Positions 26,332 through 38,662 of a stretch of DNA of 64,000 nucleotides are shown in pieces. A model generated the notes under the pieces. It was not told the origin of the DNA. It saw only the letters and a list, made by a program, of their open reading frames with translations, and did no database searches. The first letter of the stretch is position 1. Every line of letters starts with the position of its first letter. The stretch is from the NCBI RefSeq assembly GCF_964194155.1, contig NC_135879.1:137268001-137332000 (forward strand). The letters are read 5' to 3'. Source of the stretch: Cetorhinus maximus. Taxonomy: Eukaryota. The translations under genes were made by a program, and so were the position numbers.

Positions 26332-27322
26332 TGTCACGAGGTTATGCGCCTCCATTTTATGAATACATGATTTTCAACTTTCCATTGGCTAGAAATTTTG
26401 CAATTTGAAATGACACAGAACAAATTGCTTAAACATGCAAGCTCACATTCCATAGTGAAGGTGAGAAACAATCAAATCATCATCAGGGGAGTGTGAAGGG
26501 AGAGATATTACCTATAACCCAGACACCCATCAAAACTCATAATTGTCTAAGGAAGAGACAATGAAATTGCAAATACTGGATATTGAAACAATGATTGCGA
26601 CAGAAAAACTCATCCAAAACCTCTTGGAAATATACAATGGGTAAAGTATTTCAAGGCAAGGCTGCCCAGTCACTTGAGAGAGATTGTAAGTGACACCGAC
26701 GGTGTCAAGAAAGTCTTTAGCAGAGGAAACAGGCAGAAGGCTGCCCTTTCTCCCTATCTCTCTCTTTTAGAATAAGTGTGTCACCCGGTTCGAGAAGCCA
26801 ACTCTGCCAAAAATGTACCAGCAAACCGAGATCTCGTAATAATTGCAACATCTTCTACATCTGACAACATCTAAGAAACAGCTAACATAAATTGGCCACA
26901 GCGTTTAGCATCTACGCCTCAATGATAATCAAAGGACATTTAACCATATATTATTTTACCTTTCTGTTATGGGGCTCGAGCTCACCTTATTTCTGATACC
27001 TGTGTGTGTGTGTGTGTCTGTGTGTGTGTGTGCGCGCGCACGTGTGCATGTGTGCGCGCGTGGGCCCAAATGATTGCAGGAGGGCTGGATGCTGGATGTT
27101 GCATTTCTCATTGTTTTTCTCGGGCTTCGTGGTTAATAAACCTTTCTTGACTCAAGAAAACCTGTTTGATTGGCTCCTTACTGCTCACAGCTTAAATGGT
27201 TAAATACATTCTGATTTGGAAAAGCATATCCTTCTGAAAAAGAAACTTAAACCTTTGTTGTGACTTCCCGATGAGGTTGAATAGAGGGGAGCCAGTTCAA
27301 CCCTTCTCATCTGGTTGTGACA
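26332..27322 (+). repeat. 3' LTR of the Gmr1-like element
   Basis: TGTCAC...GTGACA, with (GT)n at 27001-27060 and AATAAA at about 27135. Confidence 0.9.
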
Positions 27323-28260
27323 GACCACAGTGCCGTTGCCCAGTCTGCACCAATCTGGTGCAATCTGCAAGCCACTCTCAATCTCTTCAACTCTGCATAC
27401 AAAAAACTTGGCCTGTCCTTGAATGTTGCTAAAACCAAGCCCGTGTACCAATCAACACCCAATCAGCCAAATATTCCACTTCCCACATATGTTGAAGGAG
27501 AGACTCTGGAATATGTTGAGAACTTCCCATTGCTTAGCAGCCACCTCTCTGAAAAGGTTACCATTGACAAGGAGATCCAACACTGCAACAGCTGTGCCAG
27601 CTCAGCCTTGTACAAATTATGGCAGTGACTGTTTGACAACAAAGACCTCTGCAAGTCAACAAAAGTCCTGGCGTACAGAGCAGTTGTCATTGCGTTCCTG
27701 TACTACAGTAAGACTTGGACTGTGTATCAGCAATGCATAAGAGCCCAAAAGAAATTCCATCAGCAATGCCCCCACCACATCCTCTGGAATTGATGGGAGG
27801 GCTGTCAAACAAACACTTGTGTCCTTACTTTCAGGCAATGGCCACTATTAGAGATGGCCAAAAGCTGCCTCCCACATCAGGTTCTGTTTTCACGTTATTA
27901 AAATTGCCAATGTTCCAGGAGAGGACAAAGAGAACACTTCAAAGGCACTCCTTGAAACATGGTGACATTGACCATAAAGAGTTTGTTAGCAGTCATTTAG
28001 AATGGTGGCAACTTGTCCGTCAAGCTGCCTCACGCTTTGAATCCCAATGTCTTAATGATGAGGCAGAGTGACAGCAGAGATGGAAACAAATAGAAGCAAA
28101 TCCTGCACTCCAGGTCCCACTACCCTGTAGGGCATCCAGTCCCATGTGTTCAAAGATCTGTGGGTTGAGAATCAGCCTGCCCAGTCACATGAAGACCCTT
28201 GGCAAAAACTTGCAACCTTGAGTAAATGCCATGCTTGAATCAAGGGGCATCCAAAGATGC
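27323..28260 (+). mobile_element. RTE-clade LINE, segment 3 (RT C-terminus and 3' end)
   Basis: LQATLNLFNSAYKKLGLSLNVAKTK..YVENFPLLSSHLS..IDKEIQH, plus a C-terminal C2H2-like remnant near 28140-28195. Confidence 0.85.
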
Positions 28261-28334
28261 CATATATATATGTCATACCTTTCATGTACACATTTCCCTT
28301 TATAAATATTGTGCAATTTACTTAGGAATAGATA

Positions 28335-28490
28335 AGATATACAGCACACAGAAATGGACTATTTGGCCCAAACAGCCCTGCTGGTGATTATGCTTCACTC
28401 GAGCCTCCTTACTTCTTTTCTCATCTAATTCTACTACCATAACAATCTATTCTCTTCTCCCTCAAATCCTTGTCTAGCTTCTCCTTAATA
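28335..28490 (-). mobile_element. CR1-type LINE 3' tail fragment
   Basis: acagcacacagaaatggactatttggccc..ccttgtctagcttctccttaa matches the reverse complement of CR1-type 3' ends. Confidence 0.55.
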
Positions 28491-29831
28491 GCAACTACGC
28501 TACACTTTATATACAACCTGTCACTTATATACACCCCAGCCCATGCTGAAGTCAATGTAAAGGGCAGACAGGGTGACAAGAGGCAGTCAGTTTGCTACTT
28601 TCCATCAGCACTGAACGTTCTCTGTGGGAAACAGCTTCACCATTCTCCCAGCAGAATCAAGCCACCAGCTGGGGGAACATTATGAGGTTTCCCCAGAGTC
28701 CCAGGCATTATAGAAATTTGAGTGGAGATCCTATAAATGCTTTGCTTCCACTGGACTGGCCACAAACTTCCTGTAGTGCTGCGCATGAAGAGAACACAGG
28801 GTTAACTTCTCAGAGAGGCCTGTATTGATGATTCAGAATGACCTGTATTTCCTGTTGTAGCGCCATTTGCAGGTTTTGGGCTAGCTGAGAGAATAAAAAG
28901 TGGGTGCTGGCAAAGAAAAAAGAGCTTAGTGCACACATTGAAGTCTGAGCCGAGGCACAAGAGCTTAAATTTTCAGAAAATTTCATAGCTTTGATGGTAT
29001 TTTAGACCATGAAGAAACAAGTTGGTAAATTTTCTTGCCTAAGCAGGAAATTCTCCAAACCTGGAAAATCAGATGGAAATTGTTTTTGTCTGGTGTATGT
29101 ATTTAAAATGATCCTTCTGCGTTCTCTTGCACTTTTTGAGCCTTCTTAGGTTCCATCTGCTGAGTTGTCACTAGTCTCATTTCCAAAAGGCATTGTGACC
29201 CAGCGGAGCAGCAGCTGTGGGTTCCCTGGGTTTATACTGATCTTGCACTCTAGTTAGGTTTGACTGAGATTTAGAAGGCATATTGGCTGTCAAGATCACC
29301 AGATCAACGTGAAAGTGAGGAGCTTGTAAACCTGAAGAAGCTGGGGAGCTTAAACAATAATTTCTACAGTTTGGAAGTACACTTGCTTCACACAGGGTCA
29401 GCCCACCAGAGGATTGTCAGACTGTGGTAATCTGAGGTGTGATACACCATTAAGTGAATGTGAGCAGATTGACCATGTGAGTGTGAGGCCCAATAGCTGT
29501 GTAGCGCAGGCCACCATGTTAATGTTAGTTTCGAGTAGGGTCTGGTTGGAGAAACACACATCATGTTAGTGCTCTGTTGTCTGTGTAAATAAATAGTATC
29601 TGCTTCATTTCATATTGATCTCTGCATTTGCAGTGTATTGTTATTGACTCACCTGCCGGTACGTAAGCGTGTAACCGGTTCACGAGAAAAAGAGCCCCAT
29701 AGGGCCAAAACACGACCAGTCGACGACACCAAGGAAAGCTGCAAAAACTCAACTGAAATGAATCAGCTGTGACTTGCAGGCCAATTGTAAATACAGCCTT
29801 CACAATAATTGTCGAGGTTATCACCCTCCAA

Positions 29832-30377
29832 TATGCCACAATTTGGCCATATCGAACTGTTTGATCAGACCACTGATGCCTGGTCACATATAGGAGAAGA
29901 GGCGGGCGACCCTCTTATTGACATGGCAGTAAAGCATACGGCCTAATTCATAGTCTAATGGCACCCAACTCCCCAGATTCCAAGAGTTTTGATGAGTTGG
30001 TGAATCTAGTGAAAAGCCACTTTCAGCTAAAACCCTTGGTAACAACGCAACATTTTAGATTCAATTTGAGGTATTGCGCCCCTGGAGAGACATTTGCTTG
30101 CTATATAGCAGCCTTAAAACAACTGACAGAGCACTGTGAGTTCGGGACGTTGATTAATGACATGTTAAGAGACCAATTAGTGTGTGGGATTAACAAAGGC
30201 GCCATTCAAAAAAGGTTGTTGTCAGAAACAAATTTAGATTTCAGCAAGGTGCTGGAGTTGATGCTCGCAATAGAAAGTGCAATCAGGGATTCAGAAGCAA
30301 TCCAAAGGGAGCATAAAATGGCACCATCCTTCACATCGGGAAGGAGGTCCCGGCTAGAAATGACATGGAAGCGCTAG
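29832..30377 (+). pseudogene. Gypsy gag
   Basis: MAPNSPDSKSFDELVNLVKSHF..FRFN..GETFACYIAALKQLTEHCEFG..MLRDQLVCGI..IQKRLLSE. Confidence 0.9.
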
Positions 30378-30451
30378 GCTCCATGGAAAGGCAGGAAACA
30401 GCCGCCATTTACATACCAGCAAAAAGCAATAATTTAATGGATAAAAACCAT

Positions 30452-31139
30452 GGGCAAATTTTACCCTTGATAGGCGGGCGGGCTCCACTGGCTCGGCGGC
30501 GGGCGGGCAGCTGATTGCCACCACCGAAATGGGCCCCGCCGCTATTTTAAGTGGGCGGGCCAATTAAAGGCTGCCCAGCGGGCCACCCAATGGGAAGTGC
30601 TATGTGCTTCCTGTGCGGGGGATTCCTCAACTGTCAGAGTGCGCTCTTTCGTGCATGCGCGTGAAAGAGCACACATCTCCCTGAAGCAAAGTGCTGCCTC
30701 AGGGAGATCGCTGAAAGGCTGGCAAATATAAAAAATAGAACAATAAAAAATTCGTTAACATGTCCCCCTCAGTTGAAAATGTCACACGAGATGGGACATG
30801 TTAATGAAATAAACAAAAACTTTATTATACGTTTTTAAAACTGATATCAAACCTCATCCTGCCACTGGATAAGGTTTGTAAAAAAATCATCTACCCGCCT
30901 GCCCGTTGGGCCCGTGCACCATGCCGAAGTTCGCACGGGTCGCTCAAAATCATCGACGATTGGCAAGCTAAGGACCTTAACGAGGCCTTTAATTAATGGC
31001 GGGCGCACGTTCCGTTGCATAGCGCGCCCGCCGACTGAAATATCACGATGTCGCGCGCTGACATCGGGACGTTCGCGCGACATTTTAAGTGCTGGCGTGT
31101 GAGCTCCGCCACCCGCATGCCAGCCAGAAGATCCTGCCC
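30452..31139. mobile_element. Harbinger MITE
   Basis: TIRs GGGCAAATTTT and AAGATCCTGCCC, flanks CAT/CAC. Confidence 0.85.
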
Positions 31140-31329
31140 CACATTATTAATGGCAGAATTGGAACTAGGCAGCCTACAACCTAGTGACAATTTAAAAGAA
31201 CCGTGTGTTTCTACTGTCATGCAATGGGATCATAATGCAATATTGTAAAGACAAATTGAGACAAAATTTCAAATAAAAAGGCAGAAGTCGTGAAATTTAT
31301 ATAATAGAGGAACCGGAAGAAACAGGGTC

Positions 31330-31670
31330 AGATATTTACTCATTACACACCTTAAAAATGGGTAAAACAGAGCCAATCTATGTGGCAGCAGAAGTCAACA
31401 GAAAACCCATCTGAATGGAAGTGGATACAGGCGCATCCATGATAGTCATGGGGGAACACACGTTTAAGTATCTGAATGGAGGAGGCCACTCACTAAAGCT
31501 GGAAAATTCAGACGCTAGATTAAAGACATATACTAGCGAAGACATGCAAGTAAAAGGTATATGCCAGTACAATATGGAAGCCAGTCTGCTAATCTTCCCC
31601 TAATGGTGATAGCAGGCAGAGGACCGAGTCTCCTCAGAAGAAACTGGGTAACAGAGATCAATTTTGAGAG
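31330..31670 (+). pseudogene. Gypsy aspartic protease
   Basis: MEVDTGASMIVMGE, LKTYT, PVQYGSQSANLPLMVIAGRGPSLLRRNW. Confidence 0.85.
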
Positions 31671-32050
31671 ATTACTGAGATCTAAACCAGAAGCAGGAAA
31701 TGTTGCTGTTTGGAAAAAGGAGTATATAAATATTGAACAAAAGGAATTCGTAGAGCTGATGCTTCAGGACAGAGTTCGAGTTGAAGTCAGTAGCCTCCAA
31801 AAAGAAAAAGGAAACCTGCTGAAGAACGTTCGCATATTGCAAGATTCTTCCAGATCCCAAATTGTACCACTAAAAAGATATGAGGAAGAATAGAAAGAAT
31901 TTTGCATATCTCTGGCTGAAATGAACAATAAATAAGCCGAGAAAGCACAATAATACTTAATTCTCCAGAAAACAACTAACAAGTATAAAAAAGAACTGGA
32001 AGAGCTGAAGAACCAGCTGTGTGGAAGCCTTAAAAATAGAGACTCCTGAG
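31670..32050 (+). pseudogene. Coiled-coil coding segment resembling UACA/RAI14-family host protein
   Basis: One frame reads KKEYINIEQKEFVE..EVSSLQKEKGNLLKNVRILQDSSRSQIVPLKRYEEE*KEFCISLAEMNNK*AEKAQ*YLILQKTTNKYKKELEELKNQL. It has a heptad pattern and is not retroelement-like. The UACA resemblance is from memory. Confidence 0.5.
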
Positions 32051-32397
32051 TTTTCAAAGGATAGATGAGGAAATGCTGGAAGACTCAACCACTGAGTTCA
32101 CTCAAGTTGAGTTCATACCTGAGCCTACTCTGGCCAACAGGGAAATTGAAAAGAAAGCCGAGATTAAAGTCAGCGCTGTCAAGAAGAAAACCGAGCAAAA
32201 GAAGACACGTAGGAAGAAAAAGCAAAGTTACTAACAAGGCACTGATTTTTTTTTTTTACACACAACGGGAAGCTGATCATTTCATGTTAAATTTAGCCTT
32301 GGCCAACATCCTGATTCTCAGAACCTGCCTTACAGTTGCAAGTTTCCTACTGAGGAGCCTAGTGGACAGATAACTCCTGACAGGGAGGCCTGAGACA

Positions 32398-34669
32398 AAC
32401 CACAAAATGGTACAGTTTAAGTTTGTAATGGACAAAGAAATAGACAAGTTACAAAAAAATGTTTTGGATTGGGGGAGAGTGGATTTTAGTAAAATAAGGC
32501 AGGATCTGGCCAAGGTAGACTGGGAACAGCTACTTGTGGGGAAATCTACAGAGGAGCAGTGGGGGGCGTTCACAAAGGAAATGGGGAGGGTACAGGCTCA
32601 ACATGTTCCCTCCAGGATGATAAGAAGGAGTAACAAGCCCAGAGAACCATGGATGACCAGAGACATTCAGGTTATGATGAGAAAGAAAAGAGAGGCTTTT
32701 AGCAAGTACAAGGGAAACAAATCAGCGGAGGCATTAGTGGAGTACAGAAAGTGCAGGGTGGAGTTTAAGAAAGGAATTAGGAGAGCGAAGAGGGGATATG
32801 AGAAAGCTCTGGCTGGTAAAAGTAGGGAAAACCCCAAGATATTCTATAAGTATATCAATGGGAAGAGGATAACCAGGGAAAGAGTAAGGCCCATAAGAGG
32901 CCAAAGGGGCAATCTATGGGTGGAGCCAGATGACATCGCTAGAGTGTTGAATGAATACTTCACATCCGTCTTCACCCAAGAGAATGAGGATGAATGTATT
33001 TAACTCTAGGAGAGAGACTGCGAGGTTCTTAAGCAACTTGAAATAGTGAGTGACAAGGTATTGGAGGTTTTAGCAGGCCTAAAAGTGGACAAATCTCCAG
33101 GTCCGGATGATTTGGGTCCCAGACTGCTGAGGGAGGCAAGGGAGGAGATCTCAGGGGCTCTGACCCAAATATTTAATTCCTCTCTGGCCACAGGGGAGGT
33201 GCCGGAGGACTGGAGAACAGCTAATATGGTTCCGCTATTTAAGAAGAGTTGTAGAGATAAGCCAGGGAACTACAGGCCAGTGAGTCCCATGTCAGTATTA
33301 GGGAAACTATTGGAGAAAATTCTTAAGGAGAGAACCTATCTCCACTTGGAGAGGCAAGGTTTGATCAGGGATAGTCAGCAAGGCTTTGTCAGAGGGAGGT
33401 CATGCCTAACAAATTTGATTGAATTTTTTGAGGAGGTGACCAAGTGTGTAGATGAGGGTAGTACATTTGATGTAGTTTATATGGATTTCGTCAAAGCCTT
33501 TGACAAGGCCCCACATGGGAGACTTATAAAGAAGGGAAATGCACATGGGATACAGGGTAATTTGATATGGTGGATTCAAAATTGGCTTAGCTTTAGGAGA
33601 CAGAGGATGATGACAGAAGGATGCTTTAGTGACTGGAAGCCAGTCTCCAGTGGCATACTACAGGGATCTGTGCTGGGTCCCCTATTATTTGTCATTTATA
33701 TAAATGACATAGATGACTATGTGGGGGGTAGGATTAGTAAATTTGTGGATGACACAAAGATTGCCCAGGTGGTTTACAGTGAGGTTGAGTGTCTTGGGCT
33801 ACAGGAAGATATAGACAGGATGGTCAAATGCCAGATAAGTGGCAGATGGAATTAAACCCTGAAAAGTGTGAGGTGATACACTTTGGAAGGAGTAATTTGA
33901 CAAGGAAGTATTCAATGAACGGCATGACACTAGGAAGTTCTGAGGAACAAAGGGACCTTGGCGTGTGAGTCCATAGATCTCTAAAGGCGGAGGGGCATGT
34001 TAGTGGGGTGGTGAAAAAGGCATATGGGACACTTGCCTTTATCAATCGAGGCATAGATTACAAAAGTGGGGAGGTGATGTTGGAGTTGTATAGAACCTTG
34101 GTGAAGCCACAGCTGGAGTACTGTGTGCAGTCCTCGTCGCCACTTTATACCAAGGATGTGATTGCACTGGAGGGCGTGCAGAGGAGATTCACCAGGATGT
34201 TGCCTGGGATAAAACTTTTAAGTTATGAAGAGAGGTTGGATAGACTTGGGTTGTTTTCTTTGGTGCAGAGAAGACTGAGGGGCGACCTGATCAAGGTGTA
34301 CAAGATTATGAGGGGCATGGACAAGGTGGATAGGGAGCAGCTGTTCCCCTTAGTTGAAGGGTCAGTCATGAGGGGACATAAGTTCAAAGTGAGGGGCAGG
34401 AGGTTTAGGGGGGATGTGAGGAAAACTTTTTAACCCAGTGGGTGGTGATGGTCTGGAATGCACTGCCTGCGAGGGTGGTGGAGGCGGGTTGCCTCACATC
34501 CTTTAAAAAGTACCTGGATGAGCACTTGGCACATCATAACATTCAAGGCTATGGGCCAAGTGCTGATAAATGGGATTAGGTAGGTAGGTCAGGTGTTTCT
34601 CACGTGTCGGTGCAGACTCGATGGGCTGAAGGGCCTCTTCTGCACTGTGTGATTCTGTGATTCTGTGAT
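32398..34669 (+). mobile_element. CR1 LINE, 5'-truncated, relatively well-preserved ORF2
   Basis: Near-contiguous ORFs 32407-33003, 33046-33855 and 34008-34433 (KSPGPD, NYRPVS, YMDFVKAFDK, QGSVLGPLLF, FVDDTK). 3' tail (ATTCTGTG)n at about 34645-34669. Confidence 0.95.
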
Positions 34670-36999
34670 CTGAAGTCGTAGAACTAAGACAGTCAACTTC
34701 TTTCCATAAACCTTCTGAAAGACTGAATTTAAATAATAAATAGTTGATATATTGTAAAATGTATTTTCAAGTAAAGGGGGAGGGATGTGGTAATCAGGGG
34801 GGTAATACTCCTTTAAGAGACTGTGAGCAGATTGACCACATTACTGTGCGACCCAATAGCTGTGTAGCGCAGGCTACAATGTTGATGTTAGTCTAGAGTA
34901 GGGTCTGGTTGGGGAAGCACACATCATGTTAATGCTCTGTTGTCTATGTAAATATGTGCTTCATTTCACATTGGTCTCTGCATCTGGAGTATATTGTAAT
35001 TGACTTGCCTGCCAACAGATTGGTTTGCGAGCAAAGTGACCCCTTAGTAAAGCATAACACAGACCCTCCCACCCACATTGCGTGGATGGCACCACAACAC
35101 ACTCACTCTGTTACATGAACATTGGGGGATTCCACTCCCTCAATATCCAAATAGCAGATCAGAGGCTCCTGTATGTCAACATTCAATATTCAGCAAGTTG
35201 CCGTGCTGCCTTCACCTTTAAGTATTTCAGCTGTCCATGACCTCTTCAGGAAAGAAGTGCAGATCCACAGATGGTCAAATTCAGGCAGATTTCATAATTC
35301 TCTTACAATCACAACTTACATTATTGAACATTCCCCAAATAATAAACAAACTTTGCTTCAAAATGCTCCATAAAAATAACAGTAAATTTTGCAGTTACAT
35401 GCATGACAACCAGGAATATGTTTCTCCTGTTTTGTTCTCTAGTTCTCTTCAAAAGATTGAAAGGGTTGATGTTAAATGTATTTATTCATGAGCACAAAGC
35501 CACTGGAGGGCAGTAATGGTTCTTATCTTATTAAAGTGATTGTTTTCACAGTTACATTCAGGAATAAATGACTGCATAGGAAGGAGCAGAGACAGCATCC
35601 ATCCTCTTCCCCCTCCCATACCTCACCCCATTACCACTGTGTTACTAAATATAACCCAACTTCGATCTTATTATTTGAATGCATAGTTAAATATAGTAAG
35701 TACATTGTTCTGGTTTTCTGCAGTTTTAGATTTCTTCCATCTTTACTCTTTGTTTCATTGTTCTCTATCTACATCAACACTGCTCTTTCATGTCCCTGGA
35801 TGTTAAAGCCAATTTATTTCCTCCCCTGCTATATCCAACTGTTGCATCCCCAAGGCGGCAATGCCACAGTAGTATTTTCTTTGACGGCAATCCCAGTGAG
35901 ACTGGTATTTCTTTACCACAGATCAAACTCAGGACAGACGCTCAATATTGTGATTTGCCATGCCCTTTTCTTCAGTCGTCATTTTCATAGCTTGCAAAGT
36001 GTTCTCCCACACATCCTCTAAATTGCATTTGGTATAACCCTGTTGCTCAGATTAAATGGGGTGAGGTATATCCTGTGAATAAATTTAAACTGTGCTGATT
36101 GAATAATGCAGGAAAGTCGGGAACAAGAAAAGGCCGTTTAGCTCATCAAAATTGCTTCATCCATGTATTTAACTGTGATGGTCTTTCGCACCCCACTACC
36201 ACCATCTGCTGATTCCCTCTTCTAAGGAACCCTGGCTTCAGATATCTGGAGTCGTTCTGGCGTATTTCAGTGAGTCACTGGAATCACTGGAAGCTAGGTC
36301 AGAATCTGGGCATAACAGATCGGGAACCTAGTGTTAAATTTATGGGATAGCCTGTTGAGGGCAGAGCTTGCCACTAACCTGAAACATTAACAACATAAGG
36401 GCGGGGCAGGGGAAGGGGCCACTGACCAGGACACCTAAACTCAGAGTTCCCGTACCTCAGACCATCAAATGGAATCCAACATAGGGTTAGCCAAGCATAT
36501 TGGTTGACCCTGGGCAGATCTGAGGGGAAAATTCAGGCCATGATGATGGATTGGAGCCTAGAGATTTGCCATCAAATGATCTTTGCTTAATTTTTAATAT
36601 AAACACCTTTTTTAAGAGGGTTGCAATCAGGCGACTAAACTTCCTTTATGGGGGTCAGATTCCAGTTCCCATTTGCCCGGGAATTTACATTACACAACTG
36701 GCCTTGCTTCAGTGGTAGGTGGCAAAGTGATGGAGGCATCCAACAATGATTCTGAATTAAGGAGCCTCCTCTGGCCCCACAAACCTTGTCCTAAAATATC
36801 TCTGGAATGCATTCATTTTTGAAATACAAAGCAGAGGAAAAAGAATTGGCGGCCCTGTGATGTTGCCCAAGGTCCTCCAGGGTTTTGAGTGTGGAGGGAT
36901 GGCGGGGGTGAGTTGGGTGGGACAGGACCTCAGCTTCCAACAGGTCCAGGCATTGTAATTATATGTTACAAAAGTGGAAATAGCCAAAAGGCACCCCCG

Positions 37000-38030
37000 C
37001 CTCATTTTACCTGCAGGAATTCCAGTCGAGCATCCATAGGATGCTACTCCTGAAAGAAGCAGGCATTTGGTTTTGTAGCTGTAAGGAAGGGGTTATTCTT
37101 GGAGCAACGCTCCTGACATTGACCAACATCTTTTTCCAGTGCATCCTGAACATATGTCTGGAGGGTCTCCTGCACCTCTGTGGATTCAGAACATGTCTCC
37201 TTTTTTCCACATCTTCCAACAAGATCTTGGCCTGAGCTTTTCAGTCATCGGGCGTGCTTGATCGGTGGGCCCGGGAGTAAACGGGGAATGGGCCACTGGC
37301 TGCAGTTGGCCCCCGCCCATGATTTCTTGCCAGCTGGCCAATTAAGAGTCAGCCAGTGTGAAATGCTCAGTGCTGCCAGGGTGAGGGCAGGAAGAGGGCG
37401 GGCGACAACGTAACCGAGGGTGCAGGTGAGCCCTTTGAGAGAGCTCCCTGAAGGCAGACAGCTGCCCCAGGGAGCTGCAGACCTTCACAGACTAAAGAAC
37501 ATGAAAAAATGCTGCAAAATATGTTCATGCAGCACAGTCAGGCACCTGAAAGCATCCCTCATAAAAAAACTAGTGCCCTGATATCTCTTTTTATTTTATT
37601 TCCCCTGGGAGATTTCATCCCGCCCTGAATCGAGGTTTGAACAAAAATGTGAATGCTGCCTGGGAGAGTGGCCCGTCTACCAATCGTAAATGTGGACAGG
37701 CTATGTAAAATCTCTGTTAATTGAAGTGATAATGGGCTTAATTGCCTACTTAATTGTTGGTGGGCACACCTCCGACTGCCGCACGGGCCTGCTGAGCGAG
37801 TGCACGATGACATCGGGACACTTGTCCAACGTCTGTTTGGGTTGGGTGTGCACCGTAAAATTCTAGCCCTCCGGTGCAATGTGTGAAACCCCTAGTGCAC
37901 TGTCTCTACTATGCTCTGCCTTGTTGAATATTCTGCAGTAAACTTTTCAAACGGTCCTAGCAGCTCCAGCAGTCAGTAAGCACCTTGATTTTAAGAGGTA
38001 CAGACTGGCTTTAAATGGTGTTAGTGTTTT
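37000..38030 (-). pseudogene. Old Harbinger Myb/SANT exon remnant split by a MITE
   Basis: EHSRDSALGVSHIAP (37925-37870) joins LLEDVEKRRHVLNPQRCRRPSRHMFRMHWKK (37225-37100). Confidence 0.6.
37229..37869. mobile_element. Harbinger MITE (related subfamily)
   Basis: Ends GGCCTGAGCTTTTC and GTAAAATTCTAGCCC. Shares internal motifs (ggccaattaag, tttcatcccgccc) with the other MITEs. Confidence 0.75.
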
Positions 38031-38369
38031 TATTAAGATTATAAACGCACTAATTACTCATGATGAATTGTGTAAAGACATTGGGGTTCAATTATTTAAA
38101 CTAGGCACATGAGAACATGCATACATGGATAGAAAGCTTGAAGACATCAGCAGCAGAGCTGTGTGTGCTGTGTTCTACTCACAGGCCAAAGTGAAACTAC
38201 GACTAGGTCACATGACACACTTCCTCTCTAGTGATGGCATGTTGCTATCCCTTAAAGGCAGATTACAACATCCCCCTTTCTTTTTAAAGATGCTTTCCCC
38301 CCTTCCAAAGAAATTTAACTATTTACAATGCATGTTCATGTTTAGTTGCTATTGCATAAGTGTATAGGA

Positions 38370-38662
38370 CTGCCATGACCTCGCACTAGTGACAATCCAT
38401 AGAATCAGCCAGACCTTATATGGCAGGTCAACCTCAGAAACTACTGCTATCACCTCAGTTCATGACCTAACATCAAAATATGCAGAATGTTCCGAAAAAT
38501 TCAAAAGAGCTGCAATGTTACGCTTATTGAAGAATGCAAGCCCGTCAATTGGTCTGGTACATATTACGCAACAAAAATGCCAGCAGCTTCAAGAAGAAAT
38601 GGTGAAAGGTTCTACATTGCAGAAACTGCAGAAAACCATCATCAAAGGATGGCCTGATTCAT
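38370..38662 (+). mobile_element. Gypsy pol fragment (protease end fused to pre-integrase region)
   Basis: DLALVTIHRI..VHDLTSKYAEC..LLKNASPSI then QQLQEEMVKGSTLQKLQKTIIKGWPDS. Inverted homologue of 39845-40082 plus 41973-42030. Confidence 0.7.

Larger units (their letters stand above)
17456..27322 (+). mobile_element. Gypsy LTR retrotransposon, Gmr1-like domain order (gag-PR-IN-RT-RH), decayed
   Basis: Two homologous LTRs (17456-18977 including a MITE; 26332-27322), both starting TGTCACGAGG. Flanks GACT/GACC, PBS-like TGGAGGCTTGCGTCTGGAAT, purine tract before the 3' LTR. Confidence 0.9.
29423..35059 (+). mobile_element. Non-autonomous Gypsy LTR element (gag, protease, foreign coiled-coil segment; no RT/IN)
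   Basis: LTRs at 29423-~29713 and 34786-35059, both starting TGTGGTAATC. Perfect TSD CAGAC (29418-29422 and 35060-35064). PPT AAAGGGGGAGGGA. Confidence 0.9.
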
